Shown piece after piece: positions 35,145-43,657 of a stretch of 64,000 nt of DNA (its first letter is position 1; each line of letters starts with the position of its first letter). The position numbers were made by a program, and so were the translations under genes. The stretch is from a virus (taxonomy: Duplodnaviria; Heunggongvirae; Uroviricota; Caudoviricetes): positions 1-64,000 of the IMG/VR virus record IMGVR_UViG_3300005512_000002; one strand, 5' to 3'. Below the pieces are notes generated by a model. The model was not told where the DNA came from. It made no database searches and saw only the letters and a program-made list of their open reading frames with translations.

Positions 35145-36581
35145 CTACAGCACCTCCACCCGGCCGGTCTCGGTCGTCTGTTCGGGCAGGGTCACCGGGT
35201 CGTACTCCAGAACCTGGTTGATCAGGGTCTTCCAGGCCCCGGTCGCCTTCTCCCAGGTGTACTCGGTCATGCGGTTGCGTCCGGCCAGGGCCAACTCACC
35301 GCGCAGGCCGCGCCCGAAGGACAGCTTGCTGCGCACCAGGTCCATGTCGGCCCCGTGGTGCTGCAGGTAGGGCCCCCACTTGGTGAGAAACTGGTCCTTC
35401 TCGTAGTAGAACCGGTCCATCTTGAAGACCAGGTCCAGCAGGTCCACGATGGCGTGCTCGGCGCAGTTGTGGGCCTGGGTGACCATCTCCGAGACCTCGA
35501 TGAACTCGGCGGCCCCCTGGCAGAAGTCCACGTGACCCGAGTAGCAGGTGACCAGCACCGGCACGCCGCAGGCCATGGCCTCGGCGATGGGCAGGCCCCA
35601 TCCTTCCCCGCCGGTGGGCAGGACGAACAGGTCCATGCCGTTGTAGACGCGATTGAGCAGATCGTCGGGGCATCCCACGCCCTCCTGCATGCCCTGGGGC
35701 ATGCGCACCATGTCGTCCAGACCGAAGCGGCCGACCAGGGTGATCAGGTCATGCCCGCAGTGGTCGTCCCACTTGGTGTGCAGGTAGAGCATGGCGTTGG
35801 TCTTGGCCGGCGACGGCACCAGGGTCGCATGCTCGGCCTGGCACTGCCCGCAGGTGTGCTTGGTATTCGCCGGATCATCCAGGAACATGACGAAGCCGCA
35901 GGCCGGGCAGGTGAGCGTGGCCCGGGTGAACTGCCGGAAGCCCTTGAGCAAGCGCGGCAGCATCTTGCGCACGTTGTTGCGGGCCACGCAGCCGACGATG
36001 AATCGGTCCGGCGAGCCCACCAGGGTGCTGCGGCAGGCCATGACCTCCGATTCATCGGCGATCGGACGGAAGGTCTCGATATTGACGCCGTGGGCGATGG
36101 CCGCCGCGTCCAGGCCCGGAATCGCGGCCTCGATGGCCCGTTTGCCGAACGGGCCGTAGGCCACCACCTTGTCGAAGCTGGCGATGGTCTTGACCCACTT
36201 GCCCACGACGGGGATGCCGTCGATCGGCAGGTAGCCCACCATCTTGTGCTCACGCGGACGGGCGGCCAGGTGCCGGACCATCCACTCATCGCCGATGGTG
36301 ATGACCAGGTCGGGCTTGACCCTCTCGATCACACTGTCGTAGGAGACCTGGCCATAGGCGTCCCGGGCCTTGGCCTCGGGGCTGTGCCGCTCGGTGGAAT
36401 AGACCTTGAAGGGCACGAGCCGGTCGGTGGGCCGATGGAACCAGCCGTGCTGGACCACGTCGTACTGGCCACTGGTGGTCAGGGCGGTGCCGATCTCCCG
36501 GGCCACGCGGGCGAAGCCGGTGTCCAGGAACGCCGAGTCCGAGCAGATGAGAATCTTGGGTTTGCGGGTCCAGGTGGTCAT
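35145..36581 (-). CDS. Glycosyltransferase family 4 with an inserted zinc-ribbon (CPACG...CGQC)
   Basis: TGGEGWGLPIAEAMACGVPVLVT; AGGAG RBS 8 nt before ATG 36581 (minus). Confidence 0.55.
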   Translation of the reverse strand: MTTWTRKPKILICSDSAFLDTGFARVAREIGTALTTSGQYDVVQHGWFHRPTDRLVPFKVYSTERHSPEAKARDAYGQVSYDSVIERVKPDLVITIGDEWMVRHLAARPREHKMVGYLPIDGIPVVGKWVKTIASFDKVVAYGPFGKRAIEAAIPGLDAAAIAHGVNIETFRPIADESEVMACRSTLVGSPDRFIVGCVARNNVRKMLPRLLKGFRQFTRATLTCPACGFVMFLDDPANTKHTCGQCQAEHATLVPSPAKTNAMLYLHTKWDDHCGHDLITLVGRFGLDDMVRMPQGMQEGVGCPDDLLNRVYNGMDLFVLPTGGEGWGLPIAEAMACGVPVLVTCYSGHVDFCQGAAEFIEVSEMVTQAHNCAEHAIVDLLDLVFKMDRFYYEKDQFLTKWGPYLQHHGADMDLVRSKLSFGRGLRGELALAGRNRMTEYTWEKATGAWKTLINQVLEYDPVTLPEQTTETGRVEVL

Positions 36582-36805
36582 GACGCTTGCTCCTGTTGTC
36601 TGCCCCAGGCCCACCAGCCGTAGCAGTTGTTGGCGAAAAAGAACACGAACACCGCCGCCGCCGACCAGTTGCCCGTCGAGCAAGCCTGGGGCAGCAGCAT
36701 CAGGACGCTGCAATTGAGCAACGGCCAGCACCACCGGTTGCGCCGGGCGATCAGCACACAGCCGAACATCTGCAGGAAGGTGCCAATCCAGGCTACGATT
36801 TCCAT
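36578..36805 (-). CDS. Small membrane protein
   Basis: MEIVAWIGTFLQMFGCVLIARRNRWCWPLL...AAAVFVFFFANNCYGWWAW; start overlaps the upstream stop. Confidence 0.35.
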   Translation of the reverse strand: MEIVAWIGTFLQMFGCVLIARRNRWCWPLLNCSVLMLLPQACSTGNWSAAAVFVFFFANNCYGWWAWGRQQEQAS

Positions 36806-38142
36806 CACTTCTTCCCCTTCTTCGCCGGCTTGGGCGGTTTGGGCGGTTTGATGGCGTTGACTTCCAGCCACGGGTTGGTGGTGGTCTCGCGCATGGAACT
36901 GTTCAAGGCCGCCAGGGCCTGGGTCTGACCCTGGAAGGCTTCGAGCACCTGGTTCTTGGGTCGCGGCGAGAGCACCGCCGACAGGCCGATCTGGCAGCGA
37001 TTGGCCTGGTCGATCACCGCCTGGGTCTCGAAGCTGCGGATCTTGTTGCGACGGATCTTGGCCCGGTAGTGCTGGAGGTTCTCACCCTCGCCCGTCTGGG
37101 TTTCCAGCACGGCAAGCTGGTGCTGTTCCATCTCGCCGATCAGATGCTGCTTGAGGGTGCTCTCGGCCTTGTCGATAATTTTGAGGTGCTGGCCCAGCAT
37201 CTCGATCCGGGCCATCACGTCGCCGACGGTGAGCTTGGCAAGCTCCTCGGGCGTCAGGCCCTGGACCTGGCCGAAGGCCTCGGCGATATGGCTGCGGTAG
37301 GCGACGCACTTGGTGAGCCGGCGCGAGCAGCTTGAGCAGAAGCGGTTGGGTGTTTCCCGGGCCTTGTCCGGATCGAGGTCCCGCAAGCGCTGGAACTCCA
37401 TAGCGAGCCAGCACTCGTAATCGGAAAGCTGCTCGGCCGTGGGGGCGACCAGTTCACTGGCGTAGGGCCCGCGCACCCAGAAGAACTGAAAGTCCTTGGA
37501 CCGGTAGCTGGTGAGCATGGGGTCGTAATGCACGGCGATCAGGTTCATCAGCACCTGGTCGTCGGACCACATATCCGCCTCGTCGATCTGGATGTAGCCG
37601 GTCTTGAAGTCGATCAGGCCCAGCCGGCCGCCGCCGCGATCGACGCCCAGGTCGATGATCAGGTTCATCGGCAGTCCGGCGGCCGGGCCCTGGTTCAGGG
37701 TCCCTTTGTACTGCCGCTCGGCGAACAGCACGTTCATCTTCTCGCGGGGGTAGTAGTTCAGGATCTGCTCGAAGCAGCTTCGAGCATCGAGCACGCTGGC
37801 CGCCTCGCGGGGCAGTTCCTGGTCACCAGCCACCTCGACGATGGCGTTCTTGAACGCCACGTCCGGGTCGGTGATCGGATGTTTGGGCGTGCCTGCGCAC
37901 ATCTGCTGCCAGGCGGCCTGGCCCCGGGCCACCGGGTCAGCGATGGCATTGATGGCCTTGACCCATTCGGGGTTGGGCCGGTACCAGTGCTTGGCAGCGG
38001 CGTGGGCCAGGGTGCCGGCCAGCGTGGCCTCCATCTTGACCTCGTCGGCATACTCCTGGTCGGGGCTGGCCATGGCCACGGCCCGGGCCTCGCACAGGCG
38101 GATGCGTTTGACTTTGCTGGGACTGAGTCGTCCGATCTTCAT
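36805..38142 (-). CDS. PD-(D/E)XK nuclease of the Cas4/RecB family with likely Fe-S cysteine cluster
   Basis: LIIDLGVDRGGGRLGLIDFKTGY (motif II/III D...D.K), N-terminal C and C-terminal CSSCSRRLTKC...Y cysteine pattern as in Cas4/AddB. Confidence 0.5.
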   Translation of the reverse strand: MKIGRLSPSKVKRIRLCEARAVAMASPDQEYADEVKMEATLAGTLAHAAAKHWYRPNPEWVKAINAIADPVARGQAAWQQMCAGTPKHPITDPDVAFKNAIVEVAGDQELPREAASVLDARSCFEQILNYYPREKMNVLFAERQYKGTLNQGPAAGLPMNLIIDLGVDRGGGRLGLIDFKTGYIQIDEADMWSDDQVLMNLIAVHYDPMLTSYRSKDFQFFWVRGPYASELVAPTAEQLSDYECWLAMEFQRLRDLDPDKARETPNRFCSSCSRRLTKCVAYRSHIAEAFGQVQGLTPEELAKLTVGDVMARIEMLGQHLKIIDKAESTLKQHLIGEMEQHQLAVLETQTGEGENLQHYRAKIRRNKIRSFETQAVIDQANRCQIGLSAVLSPRPKNQVLEAFQGQTQALAALNSSMRETTTNPWLEVNAIKPPKPPKPAKKGKK

Positions 38143-38148
38143 GGTGCT

Positions 38149-38850
38149 TTAAGCTCCTGTCTCACCCAGTTCCGCCCGGGTATGCAAGGCCTGCTCGGAC
38201 CGCCCGGTGGATGCAGGCCGCTCGCGTTCGCCGTGGTTGATGATCCCCAGGATCTGGTCGAGATAATACTGGTTGATATTCTCGACCATGAGGTTGAGCC
38301 CAGCGACAATCCGCTCGGCCTGCTCGACGGGCATGTCATGGCCCTGGGCCCGCACGGTGCTCAGGAATCCCTCGACGGTATGGATGGGCTCGCAGTGACA
38401 GACAGGTTCGCCCTGCTCGATGGCGCGGTTCGCCGTGACCACCGTCTGGCCGGGCCCGGCCTGCGGCGGGGGTTTATCCGGGTCGAACGACTTGGCCAGG
38501 CCGTCGGCCAGTTCGGGGGGCAGAAAGCCAAGCTCGATCATGCGGCGGGTATGCAGGAAGCACATGATGTTCCAGGCCGCCGCCTCGGCGTGCGGCTCAT
38601 CGGTCCAGCCCTGGGCGGTCTTGGCCAGGTGCCTTGAGGCGGAACTGATGTACTCACGCAGGGGAATCCCCTGCTCCCAGTTGCGGTCGCCGTATTTCTT
38701 GCAGCCGGCCTCGAAGTGGCGGGCCAGCGCTTCCAGGGCGTAGTATGGCAGCAGGTCGAACCGGCCCTTGTTCTCGCCCATGTCACGCACGGCCCCGGTG
38801 CCGAAGTCGCGCCGGTTACCGGAATCCTTGATCACTGGACCGTTGGTCAT
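38149..38850 (-). CDS. Putative nucleotide pyrophosphohydrolase-like protein (dATP/dGTP diphosphohydrolase N-terminal-domain-like), uncertain
   Basis: KGRFDLLPYYALEALARHFEAGCKKYGDRNWEQGIP...RHLAK...DE.HAEAAAWNIM resembles the phage dNTP diphosphohydrolase N-domain. Confidence 0.35.
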   Translation of the reverse strand: MTNGPVIKDSGNRRDFGTGAVRDMGENKGRFDLLPYYALEALARHFEAGCKKYGDRNWEQGIPLREYISSASRHLAKTAQGWTDEPHAEAAAWNIMCFLHTRRMIELGFLPPELADGLAKSFDPDKPPPQAGPGQTVVTANRAIEQGEPVCHCEPIHTVEGFLSTVRAQGHDMPVEQAERIVAGLNLMVENINQYYLDQILGIINHGERERPASTGRSEQALHTRAELGETGA

Positions 38851-38930
38851 GGTCGTTGGCTCCATACAGGGGCGGCTTGGCCGCGCCCGTTACGCCTCCC
38901 CCGCGTGGCGGCTGCAGCACTAGCGGCGCC

Positions 38931-39668
38931 CTACAATTCCACCAGCTTCATCTTCTCGTCGTCGCTGAGCTTCAGGGCCTTGCGTTCGCTGAGGCCCTTG
39001 ACCTTCTTGAGTCGCTTGCGGATCAAGGCGATCTGCTGGAACTCCGGCAGGTCGCCGATGGGGGTGATCCCCCGGATGACGTTGATCACGATGCCGGCCA
39101 TCCAGGCGTGCATGTAGGCGTCGGCCTGGTCGTCGTCACGGAAAGCCTTGCCCAGGCGCTGGTGGACCTTCAGCAGGTACGCGGTGTCCTTGCTGGTGGA
39201 CCCGTCAGCCAGGCAGAAGGCCTTCATGGTCTTGACGTTCTGCACCACGAACAGTTGCTTGGCGAAGCGGGTGGTTTCCCAGGCCGCCGTCCGCTCCTCG
39301 ATGTTGTGGCCGGTGCCGTAGCCGAAGTGGTAGCCGTAGCCGTGGCACAGCCACTTGATCATGCCGCCAATCTCGGCCAGGCGGGTCAGGTTGTTGCTCT
39401 TGCCGCCGACCCCCACGGCGTAGTCCTCCATGACCACCACGTCCGGGTTGTGCTGCTCGATCACACTGGCGATGCGGGCCATAAGCTGCCCGGCCCGCTG
39501 CATACCCACAGCCTCACCATGGTCGAGGCTTTCGAGCACCACCGGCTCGGCCTGCTCGGCGAGGTCGTCGAGCAGGCAGAGGCCGGTGTGCCGGATGGAC
39601 TGGTCGATGGCGAAGATTCGCACGTTGAGGCTCCAGTACGGCGCGGCTTTGCCGCTGCCGCTGCGCAT
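38931..39668 (-). CDS. RuvC-like Holliday junction resolvase
   Basis: VRIFAIDQSIRHTGLCLLD, VVVMEDYAVGVGGKSNNLTRLAEIGGMI, DQADAYMHAWMAG match RuvC catalytic blocks; start set after the SSB stop. Confidence 0.6.
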   Translation of the reverse strand: MRSGSGKAAPYWSLNVRIFAIDQSIRHTGLCLLDDLAEQAEPVVLESLDHGEAVGMQRAGQLMARIASVIEQHNPDVVVMEDYAVGVGGKSNNLTRLAEIGGMIKWLCHGYGYHFGYGTGHNIEERTAAWETTRFAKQLFVVQNVKTMKAFCLADGSTSKDTAYLLKVHQRLGKAFRDDDQADAYMHAWMAGIVINVIRGITPIGDLPEFQQIALIRKRLKKVKGLSERKALKLSDDEKMKLVEL

Positions 39669-39723
39669 CACCGGCTTAGCGGCCGCACCGCAGGTGCGCC
39701 CTGTTTCCGGGGCGGGGGCGGGG
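39669..39723 (-). repeat. Composite repeat copy R7 between SSB stop and RuvC start
   Basis: Minus-strand reading ccccgcccccgccccggaaacagggcgcacctgcggtgcggccgctaagccggtg ATG. Confidence 0.6.
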
Positions 39724-40587
39724 TTAGAACGGGATCTCGTCCTGGGGCACCGGGCTGGAAGGCTGCGGTGCGTACCCGCCCTGTTGCTGCGGCGGCTGCT
39801 GGTAGCCGCCCTGGGGCTGCTGCTGTTGGGGCGGATAGCCACCGGGCTGACCAAAGGTCTGGCCCTGACCCTGCGGCGGGTAGCCGCCTTGCGGCTGCTG
39901 CGGCGGCTGGCCCTGGGGTGGATAACCACCCTGCGGCTGCTGGTAGCCGCCCTGGGGCTGCTGCTGGTAGCCGCCGCCCTGATGTCCGCCGCCCTGCTGC
40001 GGGGGCCGTTCGTCCACGTACTGCAGGTGCCCGATGACGGCGAACCCGGCCGGGTCCCGATCGTTGACCGAGATCTTGGGCAGGCGGATGATCTGGCCCT
40101 GCTGGTTCTTGAACGAGTCGATGCGCATCTCGCCCTTGACGGCGATCATGGTGCCCACCTGCAACTGGTTCATGATCTGCTGGCCGCGCTGGCCCCAGAT
40201 CACCACCCGCAGGTTGAAGGCCCGCACTTGCTCGGAGCCCTGGCTGGTGAAGGTCTTACGGACCTTGACGTTGATCTGCAGGTTGCCCTGGCCGCCGGTG
40301 CGGCTGGGCTGCCACTTCACGCCGTTGGGCACGCTCTGGGTGGGTGCGACCTGGCCGACCAGGGTGACCTCGTTGACATAGGGGAACTGGCCGGAGCCGA
40401 CGGCGGCAGCAGCCTGTCCCGCCCACGACGGAAGCTGTGCCTGGGGTGGCGCCTGCTGGCCCTGTGGCTGCTGGTACCCACCCTGTGGCTGCTGGTACCC
40501 ACCCTGCTGCGGCTGCTGGTAGCCGCCTTGTGGCTGCTGGAAATAACCCTGGGGCGGGGCTTGGTAGCCCGTGGGAGCTTGACTCAT
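39724..40587 (-). CDS. ssb: Single-stranded DNA-binding protein with Gln/Gly/Pro-rich tails
   Basis: OB-fold core [16 protein letters not shown]...[12 protein letters not shown]...[20 protein letters not shown] and canonical C-terminal tip DEIPF. Confidence 0.75.
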   Translation of the reverse strand: MSQAPTGYQAPPQGYFQQPQGGYQQPQQGGYQQPQGGYQQPQGQQAPPQAQLPSWAGQAAAAVGSGQFPYVNEVTLVGQVAPTQSVPNGVKWQPSRTGGQGNLQINVKVRKTFTSQGSEQVRAFNLRVVIWGQRGQQIMNQLQVGTMIAVKGEMRIDSFKNQQGQIIRLPKISVNDRDPAGFAVIGHLQYVDERPPQQGGGHQGGGYQQQPQGGYQQPQGGYPPQGQPPQQPQGGYPPQGQGQTFGQPGGYPPQQQQPQGGYQQPPQQQGGYAPQPSSPVPQDEIPF

Positions 40588-40645
40588 GGTGCTTTCTCCG
40601 TAAGTTGCTTAAAGCCGGCGACACGGGCCGGACAATGGGCGGTGG

Positions 40646-41746
40646 CTAAAGGGGCCTGGCTGCGGCCAGGGCCTGCTCGAAGACCGGGCGATCCACCAGG
40701 TCGCCGGGGTCCAGGGTCGGGGGTGGCGATGCAACAAAAACCGGGGCGCGTTGAGCCAAGGGCTTCGCATACGTCTCAACGCTCACTTCACCTGCCTTGT
40801 CGGCGTCCATGAACATGATGATCTTTTCCAAAGCGTACTGTCCTATGAGTCCCAATTGAATCTCACTCGGATTGGTACCCATGAAGCATAATACCTGAAA
40901 AACACCGTGTTGCCAACAGCGAAAGACATCTGTGAAACCTTCCACCACAATAAGTTCACGTTGTTCTCTTAGGGCAGTCTGGGTAAGCCCGCACCATAGT
41001 GGATAGAGTGTGAAACTCTTGCGAGTGCCGGGCAGGATCTTGTACTTCTGGTAGCGCAGGGCGTCATAGCGGCGACCGGAGAAGCCGATCAGCCGGCCGT
41101 CGGGCAGGCGCAGCGGCACCGACAGGCGATCCTCGAACCAGCCCTGGCGCTGAGCGGGGTTCTTGGGGTGGGCCCGGACCCAGGCCCCGGCCGGCACGTG
41201 ACCGATCTGCAGGGCCCGCAGGTCAGCCGGATCAAAGCCCCGCGCTTGCAGGTAGGCGTCGGCGACCGCCTGCTGCCGCAGCGAAAAGTCCACCATGGCC
41301 TCGTCGAAGAACTCGGGGACCTGGCGGTCGTCCAGTCCCAGCCGCTTGTTGAACGCGGCGATCTCATCGCGCTCCACCAGGGCCGGGTCCAGGCCCGGGC
41401 CCGAGCCCTGGTCCAGGCGAATGCCGGCGAACTGGGCCAGGAAGGCCAGGGCGCCCGGCTCGTCGATCTGGTAGTGCCGCATGGGCAGGGTGATCAGCGG
41501 GCCCGTACCACAACCGCGCGAGTAGCATTTCCAGATGGGGATCTCCCGGTCCACGAAGATCACGAAGTTCATCGGGCCGTCCCCGCGATGCAGCGGGCAG
41601 GTCGAACGGATCTCGTGCTGGTAATCGCAGACCTGGTCGGCCCCCAGGTATTGCAGCAGCCGCATCAGCAGATGCGGGTGCTGGCGGTACACCTCGTGGA
41701 CCTGGTCCACCTGGCGGTTGCGATAGGGGTCGGCCACCCGGCTCAC
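40646..41746 (-). CDS. dnaG: DnaG-type DNA primase (zinc-binding + TOPRIM)
   Basis: CPLHRGDGPMNFVIF...WKCYSRGCG zinc finger; LIVVEGFTDVFRCWQHG...LCFMGTNPS...IIMFMDADKAGE TOPRIM. Confidence 0.7.
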   Translation of the reverse strand: MSRVADPYRNRQVDQVHEVYRQHPHLLMRLLQYLGADQVCDYQHEIRSTCPLHRGDGPMNFVIFVDREIPIWKCYSRGCGTGPLITLPMRHYQIDEPGALAFLAQFAGIRLDQGSGPGLDPALVERDEIAAFNKRLGLDDRQVPEFFDEAMVDFSLRQQAVADAYLQARGFDPADLRALQIGHVPAGAWVRAHPKNPAQRQGWFEDRLSVPLRLPDGRLIGFSGRRYDALRYQKYKILPGTRKSFTLYPLWCGLTQTALREQRELIVVEGFTDVFRCWQHGVFQVLCFMGTNPSEIQLGLIGQYALEKIIMFMDADKAGEVSVETYAKPLAQRAPVFVASPPPTLDPGDLVDRPVFEQALAAARPL

Positions 41747-43569
41747 GGCGACCCCCCGCCCCCGGAAGCCGGCCCCTGGACACCGTCCGCGTACCCCTTG
41801 AGCATGGGGACGGCCGCCTCGGGCGGCGCGTCGAGCATGCCGTCGCCGCCATTAAGGGCCTGCTGATTCTGCACCCGGGCAGGCCCCTGGGCCATCATCC
41901 GCCCGCCGGATCGTCCGGGCGGGCCCTGGTGGCGCTGCAGTTGGCGCATGAAGCGCTCGACCTCGTCGTACTGGCCCCCGGCAGCCTGCCCGTCGGGCGA
42001 CCGTCGCCAATCGTGCACCTCCTCGTAGCGAAACAGACCACGATGGTTATACAGGGCGATGCCCACCGTGCCGGGCGGGCCGTGGCGGTTGACCCCTTCG
42101 TGCAGCACCTGATCGTAGAGCAGCTTGCCCCGGTCGTGGCCCTGGGGCCGGGCATTGGGCCAGTGCTCCTCGATGGCCTGCGCCTCGTCGTCGGTCACGT
42201 GGCGCAGGTCGAAGCGGGCGGTGCAGAACCAGTTCAGCCGGTCACTGGCGGCAGTGGCCAGGTCCCCCTGGCGGTTCCAGTTCTTGCGGTCGATCTTGAC
42301 CGCCTCCTTGTTGTGCTGGGCCCCGGCGACCACCGTCAGGTCCAGGTGCTTGGCCGCATCCTTGATGGCCGAGGCCTGGAAGCCCAGGGCCTGGAACTCG
42401 GCCTGCTGCTTGGTGATCGAGTCGCCACCCGGGAGTTTGAGCCAGTCGTAGATGGTCAACGAGGGGTTACTCACCCGGTAGGTCCGTCCACCCACGGCGA
42501 TATCCTGGTAGCCCACGTAACGGCTGCGGAACTGCCGCATGGCGGCGGTGATGAAACTCACCGGCCGACCGGCCACGTTCACGTAGTACAGCGGGATGTT
42601 GTTAAGCTGGCCGACCGCCTGTTGCACCGCCCTCTCGGCGGTCCCGTCGGCGAGCATGCGTCCGGCCAGGATCTCGTGCTCCTTGTACCCCGAGCAATGG
42701 GCCAGGGATCGTGAATAGATTTCCCCGCGCGACATCTCGTTGTCGATGTACAGCACGGGGATACCCTGGCTGGCGGTGTGCAGGGCCAGGCACATCAGCA
42801 GGGTGGTCTTACCGGTCTTGGGCCGGGCGGCCAGGATGGTCAATCCCTCGCGCCGGAACCCGCCCCCCAGGGCGTGCATCCACTGGGGGAACAGGTCGCA
42901 CTTGAGGTAGAACATATTCAAGTGCGGGTAGTTCTGGTTGATCCAGATCTTGGCCTGGGTCTCGGGCCCCTGGTCGCCCATGCGGGTGATACTGGCATCG
43001 CCCTCGCCGTACTGGAAGGCCATGCGGGCGAAGGTGCTTTCCGCCTCGACGGCCAGTTCCTGGGCCTTGGGGTTGCCCGCCAGGTTCAAAGCCGCTTCCT
43101 GCATGGTCCGGGCGTGGCGATAGATCTGCACCCGCATGGCCCGATCCTGCAGGGCATAGATCGCCTGCTCGAACTCACCGGGCTTGAGGTTGTAGCCCAG
43201 CCGCTGCAGTTCACGGACCTGGTCCAGCAGGTCGGTGCTGGCCAGCAGTCGCTGCTCGTAGGCCCTGCCTAGCCAGTGGGCCACGGTCAGCATGGCCGTC
43301 GGCTCGAAGCACAGGTCCCAGCCGTGCTCACCGGCCAGGTCGGCCATGAACAGCAGGATCTGGTAGATCCGCCGGTGCATCTGGCCGAACACGGCGTCCG
43401 CCGGCACGGCGTGGCGGGCCCGGTCCACCAGGTCCGGCTGGCGGATCAGGCAGGCCAGAAAGATACGCTCGGCGGCCAGGTGGTAGAGCCGGGCCTCCTC
43501 GTGGCGCAGCACCGTGGGGTCGATCAGGGTTCGGGTTGTCTGGGTCTGCGGGTCCAACGCTGGATGCAA
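41743..43569 (-). CDS. dnaB: DnaB-family replicative DNA helicase (true start uncertain; track start is TTG)
   Basis: GLTILAARPKTGKTTLLMCLALHTASQG Walker A in a RecA-like C-domain, IDNEMS, N-terminal DnaB-like helical domain. Confidence 0.75.
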   Translation of the reverse strand: MHPALDPQTQTTRTLIDPTVLRHEEARLYHLAAERIFLACLIRQPDLVDRARHAVPADAVFGQMHRRIYQILLFMADLAGEHGWDLCFEPTAMLTVAHWLGRAYEQRLLASTDLLDQVRELQRLGYNLKPGEFEQAIYALQDRAMRVQIYRHARTMQEAALNLAGNPKAQELAVEAESTFARMAFQYGEGDASITRMGDQGPETQAKIWINQNYPHLNMFYLKCDLFPQWMHALGGGFRREGLTILAARPKTGKTTLLMCLALHTASQGIPVLYIDNEMSRGEIYSRSLAHCSGYKEHEILAGRMLADGTAERAVQQAVGQLNNIPLYYVNVAGRPVSFITAAMRQFRSRYVGYQDIAVGGRTYRVSNPSLTIYDWLKLPGGDSITKQQAEFQALGFQASAIKDAAKHLDLTVVAGAQHNKEAVKIDRKNWNRQGDLATAASDRLNWFCTARFDLRHVTDDEAQAIEEHWPNARPQGHDRGKLLYDQVLHEGVNRHGPPGTVGIALYNHRGLFRYEEVHDWRRSPDGQAAGGQYDEVERFMRQLQRHQGPPGRSGGRMMAQGPARVQNQQALNGGDGMLDAPPEAAVPMLKGYADGVQGPASGGGGSP

Positions 43570-43657
43570 CTCCTGGCGGCTGCTTAGCGGGTGCGGCGTC
43601 AGCCGCCCCGTACAACGGCGTAAGGGGCACCTGCGGTGCGGCCGTTACGCGGGGGAA
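43570..43657 (-). repeat. Composite repeat copy R8 immediately upstream of dnaB
   Basis: Minus-strand reading ccccgcgtaacggccgcaccgcaggtgcccc...cgctaagcagccgccaggag then gene start. Confidence 0.6.
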
